This document shows positions 39,300 through 53,500 of a stretch of 64,000 bases of DNA, in pieces. The stretch is from Camelus dromedarius. Taxonomy: Eukaryota. Within the stretch, counting starts at the first letter, position 1. Every line of letters begins with the position of its first letter. The notes under the pieces were generated by a model, which did not search any database, had not been told where the DNA came from, and was given only the letters and a program-made list of their open reading frames with translations. The stretch covers positions 31,186,001 through 31,250,000 of the forward strand of contig NC_087442.1 in NCBI RefSeq assembly GCF_036321535.1, written 5' to 3'. The position numbers and the translations under genes are program-made.

Positions 39300-40240
39300 T
39301 ATTCTACTTTACAGACATTCCATAATATTTTAATAATTTCCCCATTAAAGGACATATAGAATGTCTCCAGATTTTACATCAACATAAAATATCCTATAAA
39401 TAATATCTTTACACATTCAATTATAAATATTTTTGCCTTCATAACTTTAGAATAAGTTTTTGAAGTACAACTTTTTAAAGTTGTCCTACCAGAAGGCTGG
39501 ACAAATTTTTACTTCTACCAACACACAGATCAGTGCCTGCTTTCCCAAACTTTCCTCAATACCAGGTCTGATCAAACTTTAAAAATTTTCTGCCAGACTG
39601 ATACAGACTTTGTAAAATCTCAGTACCATATTAATTTGATTTTTTAATTTTTTAATTTTTATATTTTTAAGTATAGTTGATTTACAATGTTTCAGGTGCA
39701 CATCAAAGTGATTCAGTTATAATAATTTTATTTTCTTTCATTATTACTTTTTATTAATTAAAAAGCATACTTTTTACATGTTTATTGCCCATTTAAATCT
39801 TTTTCTGTAAATTACCTATTCATGACTACTTTCTACTGGATTGCTAGTCCTTTACTAAATGACACACAGAAATTGATTTCTTTACCCTCCAACTTATATT
39901 TTCCCAGTCTTTTGTTCCTTTTTTTACTTTATTCGAAGTGCTTTGTCTAAGTAGATACTTTTTATTTTTTTAGTTAGTTTAATCTATCAATACATTTACC
40001 TATAGTTTTCTATTTTATCATGCTTAACTTATTTTTTTAAATTACTGAGCTCTTTCCAGACCTTTAATGATTTCATTTTTATTCTCAAATATTTGAGCCA
40101 ACTAGAATTCATTTTGAGTAAGGAGTGAGATAAAGCTCCAGTTTCATTTTTTTCCAAATGGCTAACCAGTTGTCCCAATACCCTTTATTGAATAATCCAT
40201 CTTTTCCACAATGTGCTGAAAGGCCACCTTTATCATATCC
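39300..40240 (-). mobile_element. Old L1 (L1MD/ME-like) fragments
   Basis: gtttattgcccatttaaatc...ctagaattcattttgagtaaggagtgagata...ggctaaccagttgtcccaatacc. Confidence 0.7.
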
Positions 40241-43200
40241 TAAACTCATACAATTTCCTCTATCTCTGACCTCTGAGAACAGGGAGTTTTAGGTAAAAGA
40301 TAAGAAGTGAAAGAAGAAAAAAAAAATGAAACAGAAAACACAGTGGTTAAAATAGATCAGGGAAAAAAAGGAAATAAATTTTAGAGGGGTACTCAAATCT
40401 AAGTGTCATATTTTTCAGTTTTCCCTGGTTCCAAGAGAATATTCTGCACCTGTTAACTAAACCATAGAAAATCAGAAGTATCACTCTCCTACTCATGAGA
40501 GTTGGATTCCTACTGCAAATAGTGTAGGATAAAGTGATAAGCGCATCATCATTTTTCTTGATCTTGGACCATTAATAATTCTGGGGCATTGGGAGAGTGG
40601 TGTCCTTAAAAGAGCTTGTACATTGTAGGTAAACAACACACAACACCTCTGTTGCTAATGGATACAACACCCCATCATCCCCAACTGACTATTTTATCTC
40701 TGATTTCATGAAAAGAGACTGTTTTTAATTGTAGGAGGGAAGAATACAAAACTCCCCGGTAGATGTGATGAGAAGTAAAAGTAGAGGGAGATGCAAAGAC
40801 ATTCATTCCTAAGCACCTATGGACTGATTTTGATCCTCCTTGAACAACGGTTTCAGATTCAGAGGTGGATGGGCCACTCAGGAGAGCCTACTGAGAGTCT
40901 GGGGGTGAAGACTGCTGCCTCTGGGGCTGAGACCACACGTGGTTCAGAGTCAGGAGGACACCGCTGTCCTTGGACGTGCACAGGGCTCAGCACCTTGCTG
41001 GAGCTGCAGTGACCAGAAACCCCAAGGAGCATCAGCTGAAGGCATCCTTGGCAGCAGCGTTCATCTCTCATGGGGTAGGCAAGTCTTCTTTAAGAGCCTG
41101 TTTTGGCAGCATGGGCAGAAAAGGGAGAAATGGCGTGGGAGAAAGAACAGGACAAAGGAAGTTCAATAAATTCAACGGAACTTTGTCTTTTGGTGACATG
41201 TGAGGTACTCATTGTACGAACGTGTTGGGGAAACAGGTAGGATGCCACGGGCCTGTCACTCCTTGTGTGGAGGTTCTCAAGGGAATAGATACTGGGATTC
41301 ACAAATACTTGGAGAATGAATGAACAGACCAGCCAATGAATGGTCTTCACTGGAGAAATCATGCTTTTATTTTTAAACACTCTAAGTGGTTGATCTCACT
41401 TGGACTGAATATTAAAAATTTATCAATTTATCACAAATTGCAAGAAATACAGTCTTTGAAATTTAGAAATTAGAAATTATTAGAGAATTTTTTAAAAATA
41501 TTTAAAATCCTTCTGGTGGTGTATGATTATTTTTTATGTTTTTAACCTCCACCACTGGCCATGATCACTAATATCATCATCTCCAAATGCGTATTTTCTA
41601 GTAATTAGCAAACAAAAGACTCAGAGATGAACAGTCTCAGTTCAGTGGGCCTGGGTAAAAAGTTCAGGGCAAACAGGACACGCACCTGCTAGGAACCCAG
41701 GGTCAATATCGTTTGATTTAAGCAGGAAGGATCTTAGGGGGAAAGTGGGCCGACATCTATGTCTGATTTTTGACTTGGATTCGCTGATGACTTGATATCT
41801 TAATTCTCATAAGACAGACAAGTAAATGGATGAAGCAGTCAGCTCCTCCCATGTCTCCTCAGTTTGGCAATTCAAGAAAATTTCCCCAATAAACAGCTAC
41901 AATACCTTGCTGATTCTGACACACACAGTGTGGAGGAATAAAATCCAGGCTTCCTTTTCCCACAAAAAGTACAATTAGAGCAACTCTTGAAAGTGCATTA
42001 TTATCCTGAGAAAACTAGGAAGCTTTAGGCAATTTGGAGAGTTGTTTAGGACTATGACCCTAGAGAAGATATTCTTAATACAGCTGTATCAGAATATTGA
42101 TAAAACAATGAGGTCTTTAATAGTGTTTCTTCCAAAACACTTTGAGTTTGTACAAAACAATAAATTAACTGACATACATATTAAAGTATTTGAACAAAAT
42201 GCCCTCAAAAGAGGATGGGCATTTGATTAAACCAGGTACACTCTGCATCCTGCCAGGGAGGGATGGCTCAGGCACAATCGGCTACTAGATAAGCTTCTTG
42301 GTTCTTTATGTGAATTACCTCCTGCACAAATGACTAATCGAGGAACAGAGACAGTGTAACTCAGAAAGCGTGTTGATATACCTTGCAGACCCACATGTTT
42401 TGAAGCAATCACGGGCGAACTTTGACACAACCAAACAGGAAAGTCTTAGCAACTGATAAAGCTTGTAAGAAAGAAGCTGGAAAACTACAAATGTGGTTTG
42501 TTTTAACGCTAGTGGTCATTGGTTTCCTGGCTTCAAACATTTTGAGGCTTTCTTCATTTTAAGCAAATGGCAAAGCCACGGTGTGCAGGTGACAAAGCTG
42601 GAGGGCTCCTTCCCAGTACAAACAATGGATTTACCAAGAGGTCTACATCCTGAAATCAGATTTTAATGAAAATAGTCTCACTTAAAAGCAAAGGCCCTCC
42701 AAGACATGCTTCCTGGGAAAGAAAGCTTAACATTTTAAGAGCATCAAGGAACTGACTGGCTCTGAGGCTTGGTGTAAATGCTAAGAGAGATTTAACCATG
42801 CCAGAATTTTTATTAGGATTTTGTTTTGCTATTAGTGCTCTGCTTATTAAATCCTTGATTTGAGCGCCTGCCCTAATCCTAATTTTCCCACAACTCCCAC
42901 TATCTTTAGGGGGTGATTCTGTAGACCCTAAGGTTTTTCAGGACACATATGGTCTTCTAGCACAGACACCTATACTTCCACGTGAAATAGCCGTTCATCG
43001 TCTCTTGAAGTGAATTCACCCAGCGCTGCCCACACTCGGGCTGTGGAATTTCCCTCATCAGGAGATAGAGGATTATTTTTCTTCACAATAGGCCATCTGG
43101 TTGCCAGCACTGCAAGCTCAGAGCGGAGCCTAGCCTACCAGGGGCGGGGGCCACATCTTGCTAACCTGTCCAGAGTTGCAGAAGGGAGGGAGCAGCCTTG

Positions 43201-44377
43201 ATGGTGACTGTCGTTCAGATGTTTTGGGAATCTCAAAAATTAATTCTCCCATTTCTTTTGGATTGTTTCAGGAGTATAGTAAACAGAAAAGAGTGGATAA
43301 ATCTGTATACTAAGAGGATTCCACTGTTGGTGATTAAGGCTTATCTTGTAAGCACTGGATCTGAGCAAGCACTATGTGCTTTGGCCCCATCCAAGAACCC
43401 TCAAGATGAAAAATGCTGCATGGGTGATGTTCTACTCACTATGCCTCCTCATCTCTACTCCAAGAACGTAAGAACATAACGAAGGATGATGGCCAATTTT
43501 ATTCTGACAAAAACCCTCTAGATAAATACAAAACTCGATTTATATCCAGTATATCGTCACAGAAGTACATTACTTAGTATCCACTGTCCAAAGAACTTTA
43601 ATTTTTGAAAGGTGACAAGAAACGATTCTTGAAAGTCAATAACAACAACAAAAAAACTTCTCTTTTTAATTTCCATTAGAGATGTTGAACTAAGCCAAAA
43701 TGAGTATGAGCCTGAATCTATATTAGCAATATATGTATTTCTTGGGTGAGGTGGTGGTCCACTTCTATGATAAGGTTGATGTTTGCTCCCAAAAATAACT
43801 CTAGGATGAGCATAGAAGGATTGGCTAGTTTTCCTCTTGATGCTTATTCTGCCCCCCCAACCCCATTAAGTTTTTAATCCTTTAGAGAGTTAATAGAATC
43901 TCCATCAACATAGCCTCAAACTCTAGGCCAGTTATAGAGAATTAGCATAAAATCATTCATTCTTTATAAATAATATCAAAGTTGTTTTTTGATTTTCTTT
44001 TCCTACTGCGTTTTGGAGCCATGTCCAAATCTCCAATGGAAATAATTTACATTACGATGGAAATACTGAGGCTGTAAGTTAAAAGGATAATACAGGAATG
44101 GTTATTGAATCAGCACATTAGCTGTTAGCCTTTCTATTTGCTTATCATACAATGGGAGCTGCTGTTTACTTTTTATTCTGCAAAGGACAGGCCCACTTTC
44201 TGTCTCCAAACAGTTAAAGGAATTAGATGAGAAATTATTCCAAATGAACTGTACACAGTTTGATTAGCCTAGCTGCGGAATATAGTTTCTGAAAAAAAGA
44301 GTCATCAACACGCGAGGTCAAATGCATTCTTATTGAATAATAAATTGAAGCCCCAAATGCTGCATATAGTAGCATAT

Positions 44378-44380
<3 letters not shown>

Positions 44381-44410
<30 letters not shown>
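44381..44410. repeat. (TG)15 microsatellite
   Basis: Seen directly. Confidence 0.95.
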
Positions 44411-44413
<3 letters not shown>

Positions 44414-45086
44414 TTCTGGTTAGCAATGGAGTAAGTTTTTTAATTGGCTGCACATGTAGGATGGGTTAAAGTTGTCCCACTGACCATCACAACATGGTAA
44501 AGACGTTCTGTTTAAAAGGGTCACAAATGACATATAAAAGAGAACATATCTCTATTATATAGATCACAATATTACTTGTTAAGATCTTTACACCTTAAAA
44601 GGTTCCTTCTCATATATATTGTCACTTCATCCTCACCACAGATCTGCTGGGCAGGTGGGACAACATATGCTCAGATGTAATTTTTACACCAAAAATTGAT
44701 CTAATGAAAGCATCTATTTTCTAATCAAGATGAGGAACATTGATAATGTGCAATGAATATATCTATATATACACATATATGTAGTAATGAAAAAGAGCCT
44801 AAAAAAATACATACACAGGTATAACTGAATCACTTCGCTGTACACCTTAAAGTTTGTATATCAACGATACTTCAATAGAAAAGTATCTGAAAATCATAAA
44901 CATACGTCAGATATGCCTTCTGTTACTACATACTAGAATAAAAGTAGACCAGTGTTAGAAATGAAAAAAAATCACGTACAAGGGCAACAATCCCAGATTT
45001 CAAGGGAACTGAGTACGTTTCTAAACTCTAGGGTAGTCTAGCACCAAATGTTTAACTTCCTTCCAAGTTGTACATCAACTGTCACA

Positions 45087-45121
45087 GTGTGTGTGGTGTG
45101 AGTGTGTGTATGGTGAGTGTG

Positions 45122-45154
<33 letters not shown>
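45087..45154. repeat. (GT)15 microsatellite with a degenerate GT-rich extension
   Basis: Perfect array at 45125-45154, imperfect upstream. Confidence 0.95.
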
Positions 45155-45156
<2 letters not shown>

Positions 45157-45793
45157 AGCAACCTGGAGATTCCTGTTTGCAAAACAGGCCAAGAAAAATA
45201 TTTTGAAACAAAGTGGAATATCAAAGCGCTGTCCACATGCTTCTGCATTTTTATCCACAGGACCACAAGCAGGTTTTCAAACTGATGCTTCCGAGTGCCA
45301 TGAGGAGTACAAACATGCTTTGAGCCAATCTGTAGCCATTTCATTCCACTTTCAAAGTATGGTTCTATAATCCTTGTCTCGAATGTAATAGTAGCTATGC
45401 TGTGTACTGGTGTATTATTCGTGTTTTATTGAATTTTCATAAGGAATAAAATCTTAAGAACAGAAAGGCAGATAATGTGAGGAGATAAAACACTCCCATA
45501 GACAGCAAAGATGCCCACAGGCCTTGATCTCCGAGGACCACCTGACCACAGGAAATATTTCCCTACCCTGTCTTTAGATGGTACGTGGACAAAGAGGGCA
45601 AGATAAACTAATAAACTAGAAGCAGGTAGCAGTTGATAGCACAAATGATTAACACAACGGGTTGCTAAGCATCACGGATGCTTGTCTGAGTCCTTTACTT
45701 ATTAAAAAATAAACGAGTCAGTAGAAGTTAGCAAGACAATAAAACAACAGACGTGCAAGCCTGAATTTAAGACCAAAGTCTTCTTTTTCCCTT

Positions 45794-46317
45794 NNNNNNN
45801 NNNNNNNNNNNNNNNNNNNNNNNNNNNNNNNNNNNNNNNNNNNNNNNNNNNNNNNNNNNNNNNNNNNNNNNNNNNNNNNNNNNNNNNNNNNNNNNNNNNN
45901 NNNNNNNNNNNNNNNNNNNNNNNNNNNNNNNNNNNNNNNNNNNNNNNNNNNNNNNNNNNNNNNNNNNNNNNNNNNNNNNNNNNNNNNNNNNNNNNNNNNN
46001 NNNNNNNNNNNNNNNNNNNNNNNNNNNNNNNNNNNNNNNNNNNNNNNNNNNNNNNNNNNNNNNNNNNNNNNNNNNNNNNNNNNNNNNNNNNNNNNNNNNN
46101 NNNNNNNNNNNNNNNNNNNNNNNNNNNNNNNNNNNNNNNNNNNNNNNNNNNNNNNNNNNNNNNNNNNNNNNNNNNNNNNNNNNNNNNNNNNNNNNNNNNN
46201 NNNNNNNNNNNNNNNNNNNNNNNNNNNNNNNNNNNNNNNNNNNNNNNNNNNNNNNNNNNNNNNNNNNNNNNNNNNNNNNNNNNNNNNNNNNNNNNNNNNN
46301 NNNNNNNNNNNNNNNNN
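45794..46317. other. N-run (a second N-run lies at 46469-46616)
   Basis: Seen directly. Confidence 0.98.
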
Positions 46318-46802
46318 TGTACTAATGCTGGAAATTTTTTTTTTAAGCAACATAACTGAACACAAAGTTCCCTTTCAGAATTTACAGGAAAAGGTTTTTA
46401 AATAGGTCTAGATTTAAGAAAAGATACAATCGAGTGTCCTAATTTAATTTGGGACATCAAAATTCAATNNNNNNNNNNNNNNNNNNNNNNNNNNNNNNNN
46501 NNNNNNNNNNNNNNNNNNNNNNNNNNNNNNNNNNNNNNNNNNNNNNNNNNNNNNNNNNNNNNNNNNNNNNNNNNNNNNNNNNNNNNNNNNNNNNNNNNNN
46601 NNNNNNNNNNNNNNNNTTTAAATGACTCTGTCAGTTAGGATAGTACTTTCCTTGTTTATTTATGAGAATTTGTTTCAAGGAAGTTCAAAAGAGGTAATGT
46701 GATGCATATTCATAAACTATAGCTTATAATATATGATTTAAGAAAGCTCTCAAAGCATAGATTCCCTCCCTTTTTGGGGAAAAAAAAATGCACTATCCTC
46801 AC

Positions 46803-46923
46803 CTTCAGAACTGTATCTGCTTCTGAGCGATTCTCACCCAGGCTCTCCCTGTGTGTGACCTCACCACATCCCTGGCCTCCGTGGCAGGAAGACTTCTTTG
46901 TCACAGGCCACAACCGGGCACCG
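46803..46923 (-). CDS. Internal 121-nt candidate coding exon: GARLWPVTKKSSCHGGQGCGEVTHRESLGENRSEADTVLK
   Basis: Strong acceptor cattttctctctcctcacgtcctgtaccag|C and donor AAG|gtgagg. It has 1 nt plus 40 open codons, ending in phase 0 to match the 32865 exon start. Confidence 0.6.
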
Positions 46924-47819
46924 CTGGTACAGGACGTGAGGAGAGAGAAAATGGTGCCCACTCTCAACAACAGAAAACGTGGACTTGGAACATTGACTCC
47001 AACTTCATAAATCCAGGAGCCTGAGTATAAGAAAATGCGACTGAAATCGTAGTACCTATCACACTGCCTCGGTGCCCAGCAGGAAGAACACAGTGCTTCT
47101 CAGCGGCAAACAAATAAATTACGCACACGCTGAAAGACCAAAAGAAATATGCCAAGCACTTGCTCCCCTTCTCCAGGCTCTTTGTGAGGAACTGCAATTA
47201 TGCTTAACAAAAAAACACCACAGAACTAGTTGGCATCACTCTGAGACATAAATGTGTTTCTGTTCCAAATATGTAGCATTTGCAGAATGTTTGTATATAT
47301 TACGTGCAATTTGTTCAGTGTATCGTTCTGGGAAAACCAGGTCCTGGCTGGGTAATTATGAGGAGGGTAAACAGCATTTTCTGACTGTGAGCTTCCATTT
47401 CTAAAGTTGTAGGCAGAAAACTCTTATTATTTACCTTTTGGAGGAAACATTACAAACACAAGCCTTGCCTGTTTGCCTTCATCAAATTTCATTTTTACAA
47501 TCACAATCTCCTCATTGTTGAACTAAATGGACACCCTGAAGAAACCCATGTGGAAAACGGATGTCTTTCTTAGAGACAGTGAGTGATAAAGGATACCTTA
47601 GCTCATGACGGTGCTATAAAGGAAATAACACTGGCTCTCTAGGCCCCTTATTAGAAAACCATGTGGTTTCCTACTTAGTTAAACTGTATTCATCAAGCCT
47701 TTACTCTTTATCTACACAGTTTCATGTAGGAGATGGACACACAGCAATACTTTCTGACAATATTTTAAGGGCCAGGAGAGAGATGCCCCTGGTGCCATGG
47801 GAGCATCAGGAGTAGACTA

Positions 47820-48210
47820 TTTGAATAATGAGGTATTTTGGAGGATGAAATACTGAGCGAGGGATGGCCAAGATGGGTGGTGACAGAGCAAGCTGAAAAG
47901 GGCACTGCAGGCAGAGGAAAAATTACGATCAGAGATTCAGAGCCTGAATCTGAATGGTGTGTGTTGGGTGAGACATTGGGGACGGCGACTGGCAGGGGTG
48001 AGAAGTACCTGCAAGTGCTCTGTGGCCTTAATGTCACACAGGACAAGGTGGGAATGGCAACAGAGGAAGCAAGAAGTAGCTGCAAGGGTCAGGTCCTGGA
48101 GGGCCCTCTATGTCATGCTCAGCAAATTAGGTCTTATTCTGGAAGTGATGAGCAGCCACCAAAGGGTTTTAAGCCCCAGAAGGGTGTGGTCAGATGTGCA
48201 TTTGTGGTCC
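47820..48210 (-). mobile_element. L2 fragment
   Basis: GA-rich L2-like text (ggtgatgagcagcc-type phrases, gggttttaagccccagaaggg...cagatgtgcattt). Boundaries are approximate. Confidence 0.5.
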
Positions 48211-50169
48211 CTCACTCACTTTGCTGCTGCACCTTTGCTTGAACAGTTATGCCTCTCAAACTCCCTCAGATTCAGCAGATTTGGTTTCAGGTATTTTTAC
48301 GGCTCTAATGGAAATGCAGCAGTGTTTCTACCAAGAATACTGGAACAGCATTTGGAGGATTCTGAGTTATCACAGGTTCTCATGATGGCAGTTCTGTTCA
48401 TCTTGCAACTCTGCTCAAGCCTCTTTAATATACTTTCCATTCACAACTGTGTTAAGCTTTTTATGTGTTCAAGAAAGCAAGACAAACCAGAGCTAGGCCA
48501 AATTTCAAGAGAGTGAATCTGGACGCAGCCGAAGCCCTGACACTGAAGCCAGTTCTACAGGTGAACTTTTGCTTCGTGACTTTCAGGTACACAAACATTT
48601 TTGCCCCAAAACCACTCCAGGAGGAAGGGACACCAAGGCCCTGCAGGGAGATGGCTACACACCGGCAGAGCAGAGCTGCTGTCCTCCTACTTGGCCATCC
48701 TCTGAGCTTAGCAGGATTGCTTCCGAGTGTCGACCAGTTTGAGAATTTGAACAGGGAGGCAGAGACGAGTGAACAGAAAACAAAACAAAACAAATAAAAG
48801 GAGAAAAATGAAGAAGTCAACACTGAGAAAAACAGAAGTCAGTCCAAAATAGTTTAAAGGAAAGAGTAAACTCTGCAACCATCAGCTGTCTTGTCAATAA
48901 TCTTCAAAAGGCCATTTTTGAGAGCATTAAATACCCAGGCTTTTTAATATGAAATATTTTCTACCTTCCTCCAATTTTATTCATTTATGTTTAACAAGCT
49001 AAGTACAAAGAAATTTATTGCACTTAATGTGTAAAGGAAACAGGGCCTAGAGTGGCCTGTTGGGTATAATTTGAAACTTTTCTGTCCTTGGAGGGCTTTA
49101 TTCAGTTCTGCTTTAATTTTCCCCCCGACCTGCTTGTCTGGAGGGCCCAAGGTACTTTGGTGGGGAGAGAAGTGGAATGGAAAGGTGTGACAGTATTATC
49201 CAACTACTAAAAATCAAGAACAGAAGGATGAGGAAGGGGAGACCCTCATGAGTGACACAAGAGCCTAAGTAATCTGAAGCATTAGGTGGATGAAAAAGAT
49301 GCCCCACCAACAGCACCAGGTGAGGCAGCCATCTCCTCCCCACCCCCTTCCTGCCTCACCGCCTTCCCCCACCTCAATGAACTTTGGACTCCTGCTGAGC
49401 AATCATATTGATTTTCTTGAGGATTTGGACTAAGGAATTGTAGTCAGAGGCTATTTGATCTGGGAACTATAAGATCCAAGAGAGAACATTTAAGTTCAAG
49501 GTATATTTGGAAGGATATAAACAACTGACATCCACATACGTAAGGGGAAAAAAAAATCAAGTGTAATATATGTGAATTTATAGGAGAAAAGCATATTTTC
49601 AAAACTAATTATTCCTTCTTTTTCATGGTAAAATGCCATTTCCTACTCATTTAGTAAGTATAAAATATGAATTTATAATTTCAGCAATAATCATTTTGCC
49701 AGTAATGAGAGCAATTAACATTTCACACCAAACTAATAATATTAGTAAAAAATAAAGGAGATATGATCCATTTAGATTCAACATAAATTCACCCATAGGG
49801 AAAGAGGCCAAGTAGGAATAGCATATACATAGTATCCAACCCTTTTTTGCTGCCTTTGATTAAAAAAAAGTTCTAAACTGACTTCCTCCTATGTGAATGA
49901 AAATTACATTTGTATTCTAAGAAAATGACATTAAACCAAAGCAGCATTAACTCCTTAGATACTAACTAGCAGGAAAAATCAATTAACCACATTTTTCCAA
50001 CACTGATGGGATACTGCCAAATGATATCCACAAAAAAAACTTATTTTTTAAAGTCTTTCCCTCATAAACATGTACTGAGTACCCACTACGTGTCAAAGAC
50101 AATCTTAGAAACTAGAGAGGAGGATGAACACATAAAAGAAACTAGTGTCACAAAATATGCTATATATTC

Positions 50170-50520
50170 ACTATTCAATGTCCTCTTCCTGGGCACATAG
50201 GAAGACGACACGTCCCAGGCTCCCTCAGTTATGTGTGGCCTTGTGAGTGACTTTTGGCCAATAAAGTATGGGCGTAAGTGATAAAAGCAGCTTCCAGTTT
50301 GGGTCCTTACAGACATCCCTCGTCACCTTTCTGGTCTCACTCTTCTCCCTTGGGGGCTACAGAGAATAGAGCTGCAAGATGGAGGAGGCTCACTCCACCT
50401 CCATCAGTCTGGGAGGCAAAAAAAAAAAAAGAAAAGGAAAGAAAGAAAAACTTGTGTTAAACCATTGAGATTTGGGGTTTTATTCACTACCATTGAATAG
50501 CCTTCCCTAACCTTATAATC
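50170..50520 (+). mobile_element. MLT1J-like solo LTR
   Basis: cttcctgggcacatagg...gtgagtgacttttggccaataaag...gtgttaaaccattgagatttgggg. Confidence 0.7.
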
Positions 50521-53500
50521 AGGAGAACAAAATTATAACAACAAAAACTTGTAAGATAACGTTGGAATGTGGAGAAATAGTACTCTACATGGGCAGAAAA
50601 AAAAAGAGTACAAATTGTAGGCTCAGACAGGGCTGGCATTAAACAGGAGGTGGTAGTGGACACTGCTCTTGAATTAGGGTAGGAGTTTGCAAGGTGGAGC
50701 AAAACAAAACGAAAGAATGAAGGAAATGATCTATTGTTGCCAAAAAGCCCTTCATCATCAAGGAATGACGGCATTTTCTCAATCAAAGGCAACCAAGACA
50801 GGCAAGGAAATAAACAATTTTAAGAGTGAAGTTCAACATTGTGCTAAAGCAATACTAGATTACCATTTAGCTTAATTAACTAGAAAACTGATTTCAGACC
50901 AGATAAACCATTTACTGTGTAATCTGACAGCACTTTTATGATAAACGAGTTCATGGGGGAAAAAAAAGCATTAAGCAGGTTATTCAGAAATGTCAAAACT
51001 CTCTCCAAAATAGAATGTATTGATTCGTAAAGGATCCTTAGCCCCAACAGCACCCAATATCTAACAAGTACTATCTTCAGACGCAAGCTACTTCCTGCTA
51101 GCTAGGTAGATTTCAAGGTTACTGTAGTGATACCACAATCTGCAGCAGCCGGGGAGCCATTTATACTGAATATCTTTATGTGGATGTACAAACTGTCCCT
51201 CAAGACAAAACAAAAACTAGCAGCAGAAAATTCGAACTCTTTTCAGTCTTTAGAAAGTTTTCCAGGATGGATGTTTGAATTATAATAGAAAGAACAACCT
51301 GTGAATTGGGGGAAATGAAGAAAACTGTGTTAGGAACAAATGAGTAAGTTGTCAAGGGTCTGATCACTGGAGGACAGATGATAACCATCCTCAAAGTGCA
51401 CCGTATGAGGGTTCTGCGTTAAAGGAAGATAAGAATTGGAATGAAAAGATTCAGAGCATTGAGAGATCTTTGAGGAGACTGATCTGTGGATATGACATTA
51501 CAGCTCTATAAATTCAAGGTGGAAATGAACAGTGGTTCTGCAGGTTTGAGGTATAAATCATTTCTAAGGTGGACTTGTAGGAATGCAGTTAGTTCTGAGC
51601 AGGGAAGATGAAGGCAGCGGCTTTTTCCTGAAGGTAGTGGACCAGGCAGAAGTGTTATTCCTAGTAAAGATTTTAAAAAGCACTAAGTAGAGATCAAAGT
51701 TAAATCTGTGGTTTTGACTTTGAATACAGGATTTTCAACATAATGACCAACCTGTGCACTTATGGATACTCCTACTCACAGAGGAGGGTGTCAGATAGTT
51801 TCAAGAAAAAAAATGATGATAAGGGCTAGCCCGGGAAGAGTTTTTCTCCTGAAAAATAGCAATGTAGCCCCAGCAACTGAAGGCATATGAAATAAAAAGT
51901 TAGCAACATGATTAGAATGGTGTGTTTGATGGGCTGATTTTCATGGACCTCTATTTTATAATGATCTTTAATTTTTTTTCTCTTCCCATCACTATCACCT
52001 TATTCACTGTTAGATTTCTGTTAATATTGTTGCTGATTTCCTTTAGGCTTCTTGAATACCAGACATACACAATCCACCTGCAATATGGAAATTAGGAATG
52101 AAGGTAACAGGAAGGCTGATGATATTTACCAGCTTGGTGACGAAATGTAAAGTTCAAATAAAAATGCATTCACCATTTTTCTTCTAAGCATACACAGATT
52201 CTCAGGTTTACTTGAGCAGTCTGTCTTGATCCTGCACAGGTACAGGTTTTGAGATACAGAAATACTCCTACTAATAATACTGCTCCTTTGTAAGTTCTTA
52301 ATATTTGCCCTTTATTACCTACATCATAGCAGAATTCCTTAAAAACCTACAAATGACCTTAGAAAAAGTGTGCTTTAAAATAGCTCTTATTATAGGTAGC
52401 AATGTGACTATCTTTGTATTATTAATTCGGGACCATAACTGAGAAGCCCATTTTTTTCCTGTATCATTCTCTAGCTCACTAAATTTAACACAAATGTACA
52501 AAGACCCTTGTGAAAATACACGCTGGGGGCTGGTTAAAATGACTGCTGTTTCAGAACCATCTTACTCTGGTTGCACATTTTGTAGAGGCATTTCCTCACC
52601 GACTGTCCCAACCTCACTTCCCCTTGGACATTAACACACTTCCCATGAGGGTCAAGAATTCAATCCACTCTGTTTTGGGAGAGGCTTCTAAGTCCTCAGG
52701 GCAATTAATGAAGGCGTATCAATAGCTAAGAGGGGCGTGCTAACACCTGCAAAGAGAGGCGCAGGGCATGGGAAGACGTCCTGCTGCGTAAGGACAGCGG
52801 TGGCCATGATCCATTGAAGGCCTCTGCTCAACAGTAGTGAGGAGGTCTGTTTACGTAGTTTGGCTCCAAGGGCAAGGATGTCCACAGGTCTGTTTCAGCT
52901 TCTCCGTGATATTTGGTGTCTCCTTCTTTATTCTGGTAGAAAGTCAAAATGCCACATCCCTGGAAGCCTTGCCTTTTGATTTGCAAGAGTAAAGTTTAGG
53001 AGTCAAAAGGAATCTAAACCCTGTATCCCTGCTCTAACAACTCTAGAATTTGCTGGCTAAGGAAGGTTATGGGAGGCGGAGAGGTACATTTAGATCGATA
53101 TTTTCAAATTTTATCTCACTACGTCTTTATGAAAAGATGCGAAGTATGGCTAGCCACTTCCCTTGGGGTAACAGCATCTATTTGGCGCCTTCTGAATGCC
53201 AGGTGTTCTGAACAACTATGTCCTTTGGTTGAATGCTATTTATTTGAGTAGGACCATATCTAATGATTAGAAAGCATACTCCATCAGGACCAGGACTATG
53301 ATTGTAAACCCCTCACATTTACACTCCAAATACTGTCCATAGAAGGCAAAGTGGCGTTTCCTTTCTCCTACATCAATGGTTCACCAACTCTGCTGTGCAT
53401 CAGAATCATCTGAGAAACTTTAGTTAAGACAAAGTGTCTGTGGGTGGAATGGTACAAGTGTAAAAGACCCATGGTAGAGTCCAGAATAGAGCAATGGTCT

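Noticed and set aside
16065-43150. CTCF-like GC motifs near 16068 (gccagggggcggc) and 43135 (cctaccaggggcgg)
   Set aside because: Both are only partial matches to the core consensus and cannot be supported without scoring or ChIP data.
24972-46365. Long ORFs in the track made mostly of X (for example 31928-32666 and 45718-46365)
   Set aside because: These are artefacts of translating N-runs.
20181-53305. Identical 16-mer ccaggactatgattgt at 20181-20196 and 53290-53305
   Set aside because: A 16-mer match in 64 kb is expected roughly once by chance, and the flanks do not extend the match.
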